Assembly: GCA_002448815.1 (NCBI GenBank)
Contig: DKAJ01000003.1
Coordinates: 175,892-239,891, forward strand
Direction: 5' to 3'
DNA from: Micavibrio sp. UBA6929
Lineage (GTDB): Bacteria; Pseudomonadota; Alphaproteobacteria; Micavibrionales; Micavibrionaceae
DNA: 64,000 nt
Notes under the pieces: generated by a model
Databases searched by the model: none
The model's input: the letters and a program-made list of their open reading frames with translations, nothing else
Told to the model about the DNA's origin: nothing
Translations under genes and position numbers: made by a program
In this document: one piece after another, positions 27,631-36,487 of the stretch
Position numbering within the stretch: the first letter of the stretch is position 1
Layout of the letters: each line of letters starts with the position of its first letter

Positions 27631-28284
27631 ATGGCAAAAGTTGGCGCACAAAGAGCAGCAGATATCACTGGCATTTCGAAGTCGACTATTCAGCGTGCGA
27701 TGAAAAGTGGCAAATTGTCGTTTTCGCGTAATGATAATGGTCACCGTGTGATTGATGTGTCAGAGCTTGAGCGCGTTTATGGTTTGAAGGCTGATGTGAC
27801 GCCTGAGGGCAAGCCTGTTGAGAAGGACGCTGCGCCTAAGCAGGAAAATGTCGTGCAGCAGGAAATGCAAAAGGCGAGCACAATGATCGAGATGGAGCGT
27901 ATGAAGATGCGTATCTATATGCTTGAGCAGCAGCTTGAAACGGCGCATGCGCAAATCGATGATTTGAAAGAGCAGCGCGATCAGTGGCAGAAGCAGGCAT
28001 CGCAAGTATTGATCACGAGCGAGTATAGCCAGCGCCAAGCAGAAGAGCTGAAAGAAAAAATTCGTAAGCGTGAAGAGCGCGCACGTGCCTTGCGTGAACG
28101 CCGCGAACATGAAGGATTGGGCGAAAAGATGCAAAAAATGCGTCCTCATAACCAAAATAGCGGATCGTTCGTAGATAATACGCGCAGTTATGTTGATTTG
28201 GCAGAAGAAGCGCGCGCGGCGCAGTTGTCTGAGCGTGGCGGTTTGATGACCGGGTTTTTGAAACGCATTCGCGGCGCGGCATAA
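27631..28284 (+). CDS. HTH (excisionase/MerR-like HTH_17) DNA-binding protein with long charged coiled-coil tail
   Basis: N-terminus AADITGISKSTIQRAMKSGKLSFSRNDNGHRVIDVSELERVYG. About 100 aa of E/K/R/Q heptad-like sequence follow. Confidence 0.5.
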   Translation: MAKVGAQRAADITGISKSTIQRAMKSGKLSFSRNDNGHRVIDVSELERVYGLKADVTPEGKPVEKDAAPKQENVVQQEMQKASTMIEMERMKMRIYMLEQQLETAHAQIDDLKEQRDQWQKQASQVLITSEYSQRQAEELKEKIRKREERARALRERREHEGLGEKMQKMRPHNQNSGSFVDNTRSYVDLAEEARAAQLSERGGLMTGFLKRIRGAA

Positions 28285-28334
28285 TTTTATTGTCTTGTTT
28301 TATAACAAAATTTTCTTTTTCATAATTTTGTTGA

Positions 28335-28386
28335 CACCCTTGGTCTTTTGCCTTTTATTAGGGCAAAAAAATAAGGGTGTTTTTTA
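28335..28386 (+). terminator. nested hairpin plus T-run. It would terminate the HTH gene transcript and also contains the likely RBS of the next gene
   Basis: CACCCTT (28335-28341) pairs with AAGGGTG (28373-28379). There is an inner TTTTGCC/GGCAAAA stem and a T-run at 28380-28386. The ATG lies at 28389. Confidence 0.5.
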
Positions 28387-28388
28387 TT

Positions 28389-29378
28389 ATGGTTTCTTAT
28401 TCTGGTAAAGAAAATAGTCCAGTTGTGCTGTTTTGCGGTGCGGCGCATTATTATATTCCTGAACCAAATACCGAGCATGGCCCTGCCAATGATTTGCAGG
28501 TTGAAGGGCGAAAGGCTTATTTGAAAGATCGTAAGGGCTTTGTTGAGAAGGCTGTTGAGCAATCTCATGGCTTGTATGAGGCGTTGATGGCGGCTGGGGC
28601 GTCAGTTGTGTCGTTGCAAGAGCTTGAGGGGCATCCTGATCAAGTGTTCACCGCCGATGCGTCATTGTCGTTGGTGGATCATGGTTCCGTAAAGACGGTT
28701 ATGAGCCATTTTTCAAATGAAGAGCGCCAGCCCGAAGTTGATTTGCACCGTGCGTTTTTTGATTCTGTTGATCCTGAGCGTTCGATGATTGTTAATCCGC
28801 ATAATTTTGAGGGTACAGGTGATAACCTTTATGATCCTTTTCGTGATGTATTTTGGTCTGGTTATGCGGTTGATCCAGGGCGTCATAGTGCGGCGCACGG
28901 TCGGTCCAGTAAGCTTGCACACACATTTTTAAGAAAGACACTAGGCGTGCCTGTTGTGTCGTTGCAAACGAAAAAGCCGTTCTTTCATATTGATACAGCG
29001 CTTGGCGCGTTACCACGTGGTGAAATGATTGTGTATCCAGGTGGCCTTGAAAACTTTGATGAAAAAGGTTTTTGTGAATTTGCTTTTGAACGCTATGGTC
29101 TAAAGGCTTCTGAGAATTATATCGCGATTGATAAGGCTGACGCGATGGCGTATGGCGCGAATTTCCGTGTGTTTGGTAATACGGTGGTTATGCCTGAATG
29201 CTCACAAAAATTGCAAGATCAAATCAAAAAGCGTGGCTATGATGTTGTGACGGTTGATTTGAAGCAGTTTATTTATTCAGGCGGCGCGGTGCATTGTATG
29301 GCCAACCGCATTGATGAGCCTCGTATCGACGGCGGTTATGTTCAAGAAGAAAACGGTTTTTTGATGCCTGCGCTTTGA
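28389..29378 (+). CDS. guanidino-group-modifying-enzyme superfamily protein (amidinotransferase/DDAH/ADI fold)
   Basis: FFHIDTAL and C-terminal SGGAVHCMANRI carry the catalytic His/Asp and Cys signatures. I prefer the ATG at 28389 because the GTG at 28377 lies inside the hairpin. Confidence 0.6.
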   Translation: MVSYSGKENSPVVLFCGAAHYYIPEPNTEHGPANDLQVEGRKAYLKDRKGFVEKAVEQSHGLYEALMAAGASVVSLQELEGHPDQVFTADASLSLVDHGSVKTVMSHFSNEERQPEVDLHRAFFDSVDPERSMIVNPHNFEGTGDNLYDPFRDVFWSGYAVDPGRHSAAHGRSSKLAHTFLRKTLGVPVVSLQTKKPFFHIDTALGALPRGEMIVYPGGLENFDEKGFCEFAFERYGLKASENYIAIDKADAMAYGANFRVFGNTVVMPECSQKLQDQIKKRGYDVVTVDLKQFIYSGGAVHCMANRIDEPRIDGGYVQEENGFLMPAL

Positions 29379-29382
29379 TGTG

Positions 29383-29400
29383 TTTGACTAACTAGTCAAA
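29383..29400. promoter_or_regulatory. palindromic operator candidate upstream of the TetR gene
   Basis: TTTGACTA-AC-TAGTCAAA, with 8-bp perfect arms. The left arm includes a TTGACT -35-like hexamer. Confidence 0.5.
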
Positions 29401-29440
29401 TTGTATGTACTATAGAAATATAACCTTTTTATGATAGTGC

Positions 29441-30052
29441 GTGCGTATGACGAAAATTTCTACAAAAGATAAATTGATTGAAACGGGCATTGAGCTTATT
29501 TGGCGTAATAGCTATGGCTCGGTCAGTGTGGATGAGATTTGCCGTAAGGCTGGCGTTAATAAGGGCAGTTTTTATCACTATTTTAAGTCGAAGGCTGAAT
29601 TGGCGGCTGCGGTCTTAGAGTTTCACTTTGATTCGTGCCGTTCTGATTTTGATGAGGCTTTTTCTCCGGCATTGTCGCCGCAGCAACGCATTAACAATAT
29701 GATTGACCTGATTGTGAATAAGCAAGAGGAGGTTTACGCGCAGTATGGGCAGGTTTGCGGGTGCCCGTTTTCGGCGCTGGGGTCGGAAATTGGTGCGCGC
29801 GAAGATATTGTGAACACAAAGGTTCAAGAGATCTTTTCATCGTATGACCGTTATATGCTGAGTGTTTTGCGTGATTTGGTTGAGGAAGGTGTTCTTGCTG
29901 AAGACGAGGACTTGAATGTGGTTTTATCTGCGCTGCGCAGTTATATCATGGGCGTTAAAATGATGGCCCGCGTTGAAAACTCTTTGGAGACTTTTCGCGC
30001 GGATGTGCGCTTTGGTGTGCTGCGCATTTTGGGCTTGCCAGGTGACGCGTAA
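29441..30052 (+). CDS. TetR/AcrR-family transcriptional repressor
   Basis: HTH SVDEICRKAGVNKGSFYHYFKSKAEL. It precedes an RND operon. An alternative ATG lies at 29447. Confidence 0.85.
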   Translation: MRMTKISTKDKLIETGIELIWRNSYGSVSVDEICRKAGVNKGSFYHYFKSKAELAAAVLEFHFDSCRSDFDEAFSPALSPQQRINNMIDLIVNKQEEVYAQYGQVCGCPFSALGSEIGAREDIVNTKVQEIFSSYDRYMLSVLRDLVEEGVLAEDEDLNVVLSALRSYIMGVKMMARVENSLETFRADVRFGVLRILGLPGDA

Positions 30053-30083
30053 ATTTATTGTGTGAAAAAAATTTGCTTTTTTA

Positions 30084-30107
30084 TTTGACTGATTGGTCAA
30101 CTTGACC
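30084..30107. promoter_or_regulatory. overlapping palindromes related to the tetR operator, upstream of the RND operon
   Basis: TTTGACTGATTGGTCAA (TTGAC...GTCAA arms) overlaps GGTCAA-C-TTGACC (30095-30107). Confidence 0.45.
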
Positions 30108-30148
30108 TAAGTCTTTAAATTGATCTTTGTTCCTGGGAGAAATGTTGG

Positions 30149-31324
30149 ATGGCAAAATTATCGGAAATGAATAATAAAACATTGGTTAGCGGCGCGGTTT
30201 TGGCACTGTTGGCTTTTGGTGTTGGTGGCTATGTTTTTTCTGGGCACAGTGAAACCGAGGCTGCTCAGGGGGCGTCGCAGCAAGCCCAAGCGATGCCGGT
30301 GAATGTTATGGTTGCTGCGCCCGAGCCTGTGCAAATTTGGAAAGAGTTTTCAGGTCGTATGGTCGCGGTTGATTATGCTGAAATTCGTCCGCAGGTAAGC
30401 GGCACAATTTCCGAAATTAAGTTTCAAGATGGTCAAGATGTACAGGCAGGCGATGTCTTGCTTGTAATTGACCCAAGCCCTTATGAGGCAGCTGTCGCGC
30501 AGGCAGAGGCCGAACTTGCCGCCGCAGAAAACGAAGCCGCCCATGCGCAGCGCGAGTTAAAGCGCTCGAAAGGTTTGATCGAGAAAAAAGCCATTTCACA
30601 AAGTTTGTATGATAGCCGTGAAAATGCTGCGCGCGTTGCGCAGGCATCGTTGCAGGCGGCGTTGGCGCGCCTTGTTCAGGCACAAATTAATTTGGATTAT
30701 GCGCATGTGAAAGCGCCGATTAGTGGCCGGGTAAGCCGCGCCGAGATTACAGAGGGTAATTTGGTTGAAGCGGGCTCGTCTGCGCCGCTGCTGACATCGA
30801 TTGTATCACGTGATGGTATTTACGCAGATTTTGAAGTCGATGAATCGACCTATTTAACGCATATCCGTAATCAAGTACGCGATGCGGCGGCAGAGAAATC
30901 TGTGCCTGTTAAACTGGTTGTCGGTGCAGAGGCTGGCGGAGAAGGTATGATTGTTGATGGCTTTATCCGCAGTTTTGATAACCGCATTGACCCAGCGTCG
31001 GGTACAATTCGTGCGCGTGCATATTTTGACAATGCTGATGGTGCGTTATTGCCTGGTATGTTTGCCAGAGTACGCCTTGGCAGTGCGCAGGAAAATAACG
31101 TGATTATGATGCCTGAGCGTGCAATTGGCACAAATCAGGATAAGAAATTTGTGTATGTCGCTGAAAATGGCGCTGCAGCTTATCGTGAGGTGAAAATTGG
31201 CGATAGTCTTAAGGGGCGCCGCGTGATTCAAAGCGGTTTGCAGCAAGGAGATCAAGTGATTGTTGATGGTGTGATCCGCATTCGCCCTGGTGTGCCTGTT
31301 TCACCACAGATTGTCCAAAAATAG
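30149..31324 (+). CDS. RND efflux periplasmic adaptor (membrane fusion protein)
   Basis: N-terminal TM anchor, a coiled-coil hairpin (AEAELAAAENEAAHAQRELKR...) and a lipoyl-like motif VLLVIDPSPY. Confidence 0.85.
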   Translation: MAKLSEMNNKTLVSGAVLALLAFGVGGYVFSGHSETEAAQGASQQAQAMPVNVMVAAPEPVQIWKEFSGRMVAVDYAEIRPQVSGTISEIKFQDGQDVQAGDVLLVIDPSPYEAAVAQAEAELAAAENEAAHAQRELKRSKGLIEKKAISQSLYDSRENAARVAQASLQAALARLVQAQINLDYAHVKAPISGRVSRAEITEGNLVEAGSSAPLLTSIVSRDGIYADFEVDESTYLTHIRNQVRDAAAEKSVPVKLVVGAEAGGEGMIVDGFIRSFDNRIDPASGTIRARAYFDNADGALLPGMFARVRLGSAQENNVIMMPERAIGTNQDKKFVYVAENGAAAYREVKIGDSLKGRRVIQSGLQQGDQVIVDGVIRIRPGVPVSPQIVQK

Positions 31325-31385
31325 GTGCTGTGTGCGCCGAACCAAGTTTGTGTTTGTTTAAAACAATAAGTGTAAGAGAAGTTAT

Positions 31386-34300
31386 ATGAATATCTCCGGC
31401 TTTTATATTGACCGTCCAATTTTTGCGTCGGTGTTATCAATTTTGATTTTTATGGCTGGATTGATTGCCATGTTTCAATTGCCTATCTCGGAATATCCCG
31501 AGGTATCACCGCCATCTGTTGTCGTAAGTGCCCAGTTCCCCGGCGCGAACCCAACAGTGATTTCTGAAACGGTGGCAACGCCGCTGGAAGAGCAAATTAA
31601 CGGCGTTGAAAATATGCTGTATATGAACTCTTTGGCGTCGTCGGATGGCTCGGTCTCGTTGCGCGTGACGTTTGCGATTGGTACTGACCCTGACCTTGCA
31701 CAGCAATTAGTGCAAAACCGTGTGTCGCAGGCTGAACCGCGCTTGCCCGAGGTGACGCGCCGTTTGGGTGTGACTGTGACGAAAAGCTCGCCCGACTTGA
31801 CGATGGTTGTCCATTTGCGCTCGCCTGATGATCGTTACGATACGCTTTATCTGCGCAATTACGGTACACTGAACGTCAAAGATGAGCTTGCCAAGATTGA
31901 TGGTGTTGGCGAGGTGCGTTTGTTTGGTTCGGGTGATTATGCGATGCGTGTATGGTTGAACCCGAATAAAGTTGCCGAGCGCGGCATGAGCGCGGGTGAA
32001 GTTGTCGCGGCTATTCAGGCACAGAATATTCAGGTTGCAGCGGGCGTTGTTGGTGGTCCTCCGTATCAGGATGGCGTGCAATTGCAGATGCCTGTGAATG
32101 TGCAAGGGCGTTTGGAAACGCCAGAGGAATTTGGCAATATTATCATTAAGCGTGATGACAACGGCGTGATTACGCGTCTGTCTGATGTGGCGCGTTTGGA
32201 AATGGACTCGCAGACATATGCGCTGCGTTCGATGTTGAATAATCAGCAAGCTGTGGCGATTCCTATTTTTGCATCCCCTGGTGCGAATGCGCTGCAGATC
32301 TCGACAGATGTGCGCGCAAAAATGGCCGAAATGAAAGAGCGCATGCCAGAAGGTGTTGATTATTCAATCGTGTATGACCCGACGGTCTTTGTGAAGGATT
32401 CGATTAAGGCTGTTATCAAAACATTGTTAGAAGCCGTTTTGTTGGTTGTGATCGTGGTTGTGGTGTTCTTGCAGACATGGCGTGCGTCGATTATTCCGCT
32501 TTTGGCAGTGCCAGTGTCGATTGTCGGTACGTTTGCCTTTATGTATATGTTTGGCTTTTCGATTAACGTTTTGTCTTTGTTTGGTTTGATTTTGGCGATT
32601 GGTATCGTTGTTGATGATGCCATTGTTGTGGTTGAAAACGTCGAGCGTAATATCGAAGAGGGCAAAGCGCCGCGCGCGGCAACCATTCAGGCAATGAAAG
32701 AGGTAACAGGCCCAGTTATTGCAACGTCTTTGGTGTTGATGGGTGTGTTTGTTCCTATTGCGTTTATTAGCGGCCTAACGGGGCAATTTTATCAGCAATT
32801 TGCGCTGACGATTGCGATTGCGACCTTTATTTCAACTGTAAACTCTTTGACGCTTAGCCCGGCTTTGTCAGCCCTGATGCTAAAGCCAAAGGATCAGCAG
32901 ACAGATATACTTAGCCGCATCATGGATAAAACACTTGGTGGCTTTTTCCGTCACTTTAATATTGGTTTTTACCGCACGCGTAAGGTTTATACCAAAGGCG
33001 TTGGCGTCTTTTCAGTGCGCCGCGGGATTATGATGATTGCCTTTGCTGCGCTGATCGGTGTGACAGGCGGTATGTTTAAGGTTGTGCCAAAGGGATTTGT
33101 TCCTGCGCAAGATAAGGGGTATTTGATTGCCTTTGCACAATTGCCACCAGGTGCGACGCTTGACCGTACAGAGGAAGTTATTCGCGAAATGTCGGATATT
33201 GCCTTGAAAACAGAAGGTGTTGGCAACGCGGTGCAATTTACAGGCTTGTCGATTAATGGCTTTGTTAGTTCGCCGAGTGCAGGGATTGTTTTTGTGCCTT
33301 TGGCGCCATTTGCAGAGCGCGATAAAGATCATCACTTGAACGGTTTTGCGATTGCAGAAACATTGCAAAAGAAATTTTCCGTGATTGATGAAGCGTATGT
33401 AGCCGTATTTCCGCCGCCACCTGTGCGTGGTTTGGGGACGCTTGGCGGGTTTAAACTGCAATTAGAAGACCGCACTGACCAAGGTGAGGCGGCAATGGCA
33501 GAGATTATCCAAAAAGTGCAGGCACGCGCGGCGCAAGATCCTGCGCTGACAGGGGTCTTCTCAAACTTTAATATTGGCTATCCTCAGTTGTTTGTTGATG
33601 TGGACCGCACCAAGGCAGAGCAAGTAGGCGTGCCTGTGCAAGAGGTCTTTGAGGCCATGCAGATTTACATGGGATCCATGTATGTGAATGACTTTAACCA
33701 GTTTGGACGCACATATCAGGTTGTGGCGCAGGCGGATAAAGAGTTCCGCGGTGTGCCAACGGATATTACCCGCCTTCAGGTGCGTAACCATGATGGCAAT
33801 ATGGTGCCTTTGGGATCGATTGTGAAGGTTGAGGAGACCTTCGGTCCTGAAACATCGATGCGTTATAATGCCTTTAGGGCTGCCGATATTAATGGTAATG
33901 CCGCGCCAGGATTTTCATCTGGTCAGGCGCAAGAAGCCATTACTAAAATTTTGAACGAGGAAATGCCACAAGGCATGGCGTTTGAGTGGACTGAGCTTAC
34001 CTATCAGCAGATTTTGGCTGGTAATACGGCGATCTTTATTTTCCCGCTTTGCTTGTTCTTGGTGTTCCTTGTTTTGGCTGCGCAGTATGAAAGTCTGACA
34101 TTGCCGCTGAGCGTGATTATGATTGTTCCGATGGGGATTTTATCCGCGATGGTCGGGGTTATGCTGTTTGGCGGTGATAACAATATCTTTACGCAGATTT
34201 CACTCTTTGTCTTGGCGGGGCTGGCCTGTAAGAACGCCATTTTGATTGTCGAGTTCGCGCGCGAGCTTGAGCATCAAGGGCGCAGCGTCGTTGAGGCCGC

Positions 34301-34568
34301 CGTTGAATCGTCCAAGATGCGTTTGCGTCCAATCATCATGACATCGATTGCCTTCATTATGGGCGTGTTGCCATTGGTTCTGGCGCACGGCGCGGGGGCT
34401 GAGATGCGTCATGCAATTGGTATTGCGGTCTTCTCGGGTATGATTGGCGTGACCATTTTTGGCCTTATTTTTACGCCCGTCTTTTACGTGCTTTTAAGAA
34501 AACTAGAATTGAAATTATCTGGCCGTCACGAGGCTGGCGCACAGAGCAAAAAGGATATTGCAGCATGA
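31386..34568 (+). CDS. RND efflux permease (AcrB/MexB family)
   Basis: 1060 aa. N-terminus FYIDRPIFASVLSILIFMAGL...PISEYPEVSPPSV. 12-TM architecture with two large periplasmic loops. Confidence 0.9.
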   Translation: MNISGFYIDRPIFASVLSILIFMAGLIAMFQLPISEYPEVSPPSVVVSAQFPGANPTVISETVATPLEEQINGVENMLYMNSLASSDGSVSLRVTFAIGTDPDLAQQLVQNRVSQAEPRLPEVTRRLGVTVTKSSPDLTMVVHLRSPDDRYDTLYLRNYGTLNVKDELAKIDGVGEVRLFGSGDYAMRVWLNPNKVAERGMSAGEVVAAIQAQNIQVAAGVVGGPPYQDGVQLQMPVNVQGRLETPEEFGNIIIKRDDNGVITRLSDVARLEMDSQTYALRSMLNNQQAVAIPIFASPGANALQISTDVRAKMAEMKERMPEGVDYSIVYDPTVFVKDSIKAVIKTLLEAVLLVVIVVVVFLQTWRASIIPLLAVPVSIVGTFAFMYMFGFSINVLSLFGLILAIGIVVDDAIVVVENVERNIEEGKAPRAATIQAMKEVTGPVIATSLVLMGVFVPIAFISGLTGQFYQQFALTIAIATFISTVNSLTLSPALSALMLKPKDQQTDILSRIMDKTLGGFFRHFNIGFYRTRKVYTKGVGVFSVRRGIMMIAFAALIGVTGGMFKVVPKGFVPAQDKGYLIAFAQLPPGATLDRTEEVIREMSDIALKTEGVGNAVQFTGLSINGFVSSPSAGIVFVPLAPFAERDKDHHLNGFAIAETLQKKFSVIDEAYVAVFPPPPVRGLGTLGGFKLQLEDRTDQGEAAMAEIIQKVQARAAQDPALTGVFSNFNIGYPQLFVDVDRTKAEQVGVPVQEVFEAMQIYMGSMYVNDFNQFGRTYQVVAQADKEFRGVPTDITRLQVRNHDGNMVPLGSIVKVEETFGPETSMRYNAFRAADINGNAAPGFSSGQAQEAITKILNEEMPQGMAFEWTELTYQQILAGNTAIFIFPLCLFLVFLVLAAQYESLTLPLSVIMIVPMGILSAMVGVMLFGGDNNIFTQISLFVLAGLACKNAILIVEFARELEHQGRSVVEAAVESSKMRLRPIIMTSIAFIMGVLPLVLAHGAGAEMRHAIGIAVFSGMIGVTIFGLIFTPVFYVLLRKLELKLSGRHEAGAQSKKDIAA

Positions 34569-36055
34569 AAATGACACGAATTTTATTATGCTCGGCGAGT
34601 TTGATGACGCTTAGTGCCTGCGGGATGCCGTATTCTGGGTTGATGGGCGATGGTTTTTCGCAAATGGAAATACCATCATTGTGGCGCGCACCTGTTGCAC
34701 AAGATGCGCAAGCCAAAGCAGCAGAAGAGAAGCAAGCTAAGGCAGGGCAGGTCGAAACAGCGCCGCAGGATTTAGCGCCTGTCCAAGACGGAAACGGTGT
34801 GATTACGGCTTTGGACCGTGATGCATTACAAGGATGGTGGAAAGGTTTCCATGATCCAGTGCTTGATTCCTTGGTGAGTAAGGCCTTAAGCGAAAGCCCA
34901 GATCGCGCAATTGCCGCCGCCCGCATTGCCGAGGCACGTGGTCTGCGTCGCACTGCGCGCGCGGGTTTGATGCCGAACATCACAGGCACTATCAGCGAAG
35001 GGCGCGAAGATAGCGGCCTTTATGGCGCGAATGATGTATCAAATGCAGGGTTTGATGCCAGTTTTGAAATTGATGTTTTTGGTAAAAATCGCCTGACATC
35101 GAAGGCGCGCGATGCCAATGTTCAGGCGTTGGTGGCAAGCTATCACGATGTCACTGTTACGTTGATTGCAGAAATTTCGCGTGTTTATGCGGAGTACCGC
35201 GCCTATGACAAACAGGTGCAAATTGCACAAGATAACTTGAAGTTACAGCAAGAAACATTGTCCCTGATTAAGACGCAGCAATCGTTGGGTGAGGCGCCGC
35301 AACTGGATGTTGAGCGCGCCGAGAATTTGGTGAATACCACCAAGGCCTCGATCGTTGAGTTTGAGCGTTTGTCTGATGCGTCGCGCCTGTCATTAGGGGC
35401 GTTAGTTGGCGTTATGCCGGCGCAAGTGCAGCACATGTTGACACCTAATAAGCAGGACAATGTCCTTGCTGCGGTGCCAGGGGCAGATATTACGCCTTTG
35501 TTATTGATGCCAGCAGATGTGATCGCGCAGCGCCCTGACGTGCAGGCGGCTTGGGCGGAGCTTGTGTCACAAGGTGCGCTTGCTGATGCAAAGGCGGCTG
35601 AGTATTTTCCATCTATCACTTTAAGCGGATTCTTTGGCGTTGCTGAAAGCGCGCTGATGAGCAGCGCAACCATTTGGGATGTTGCGATTGGTGCGGCCGT
35701 TTCTGTGCTGGATTTTGGCCGTCTTGAAGGCCAAGTAGACGCCGAGCGTGCGCGCGAAAAGCAAGCCTTTGAAAGTTATCGCGGGGTTGTTTTATCGGCT
35801 GTGGCCGAGGTCGAAACGGCGCTGAGTGATTATGCGCATATTCACACCCGACGGGAAGCGCTGGCTGATGCGTTTATTAATGCAGATCGTGCGCTGTCAC
35901 TATCGCGTGATTTGTATAATGAAGGTGAGGTTTCCTTCCTTGATGTACTGGATGCGCAGCGCACACGCAACGAGGCGAATTCCGCGTTGGTGACGGCAGA
36001 GCTTGCGCAGGCGCAAAGTTTGATCCGTTTGTATAAGGCCTTTGGCATTTATTAG
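34565..36055 (+). CDS. RND efflux outer-membrane factor lipoprotein (NodT family)
   Basis: Lipobox LMTLSAC. Duplicated OEP-type helices. ATGA overlap with the permease gene. Confidence 0.85.
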   Translation: MKMTRILLCSASLMTLSACGMPYSGLMGDGFSQMEIPSLWRAPVAQDAQAKAAEEKQAKAGQVETAPQDLAPVQDGNGVITALDRDALQGWWKGFHDPVLDSLVSKALSESPDRAIAAARIAEARGLRRTARAGLMPNITGTISEGREDSGLYGANDVSNAGFDASFEIDVFGKNRLTSKARDANVQALVASYHDVTVTLIAEISRVYAEYRAYDKQVQIAQDNLKLQQETLSLIKTQQSLGEAPQLDVERAENLVNTTKASIVEFERLSDASRLSLGALVGVMPAQVQHMLTPNKQDNVLAAVPGADITPLLLMPADVIAQRPDVQAAWAELVSQGALADAKAAEYFPSITLSGFFGVAESALMSSATIWDVAIGAAVSVLDFGRLEGQVDAERAREKQAFESYRGVVLSAVAEVETALSDYAHIHTRREALADAFINADRALSLSRDLYNEGEVSFLDVLDAQRTRNEANSALVTAELAQAQSLIRLYKAFGIY

Positions 36056-36097
36056 GCCGCTATAAAAAGTTTTACTGTGTAACTCTCTACTGTGTAA

Positions 36098-36138
36098 ATT
36101 GGGCCCTTTGTTTTTTTTAACATTGGGCCCTTTTTGTA
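36098..36138. terminator. possible terminator formed by two copies of ATTGGGCCCTTT between convergent genes
   Basis: GGGCCC is self-complementary, so copy 1 (36098-36109) can pair with copy 2 (36122-36133). A T-run follows copy 2. Confidence 0.35.
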
Positions 36139-36143
36139 TGTGT

Positions 36144-36482
36144 TTAGTATCCGCATTTTGCGCCGGGAAGGGCGACGATCAAGCCGTCCATATCTTCGGT
36201 GACTTTGATTTGGCAGCTTAGGCGCGATGAGGCGCGTTCGTCAAAGACCACGTCCAGCATATCGGCTTCTTCATCTGTTTTTTCGTTATCGTCTGCTTGG
36301 GTGATATCCTGCCACTGGGGCGCGATATAGCAGTGACATGTAGCGCACGCCATGCAGCCGCCACATGCGCCGTCTATGCCCTTTATATCGTTTTGTAGGG
36401 CAATCTCCATGAGCGAATGATTGGGCGCGGCCTTGACGGTTTGTTTTTCGCCATCTGCAAGGATAAAGGTAATTGTGATCAT
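36144..36482 (-). CDS. fdx: [2Fe-2S] ferredoxin, adrenodoxin/putidaredoxin type
   Basis: Cys ligand pattern within GACGGCMACATCHC, plus a distal Cys in RLSCQI. Start at MITITF (36482). The longer ORF-track N-terminus overlaps the upstream gene. Confidence 0.85.
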   Translation of the reverse strand: MITITFILADGEKQTVKAAPNHSLMEIALQNDIKGIDGACGGCMACATCHCYIAPQWQDITQADDNEKTDEEADMLDVVFDERASSRLSCQIKVTEDMDGLIVALPGAKCGY

Positions 36483-36487
36483 GGCTG

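Noticed and set aside
28285-28388. Possible guanidine or other riboswitch in the leader of the guanidino-enzyme gene.
   Set aside because: I could not find the conserved ykkC, mini-ykkC (ACGR loops) or ykkC-III sequence blocks. The region is AT-rich and is explained by a terminator/RBS hairpin. It is kept only as a structural observation.
26463-29440. The SapC / HTH-coiled-coil / guanidino-enzyme stretch as a genomic island, prophage remnant or defence system.
   Set aside because: There are no integrase, transposase, tRNA or flanking direct repeats, and no nuclease, ATPase or toxin-like domains. Each gene has its own terminator, so I cannot support an operon-level system.
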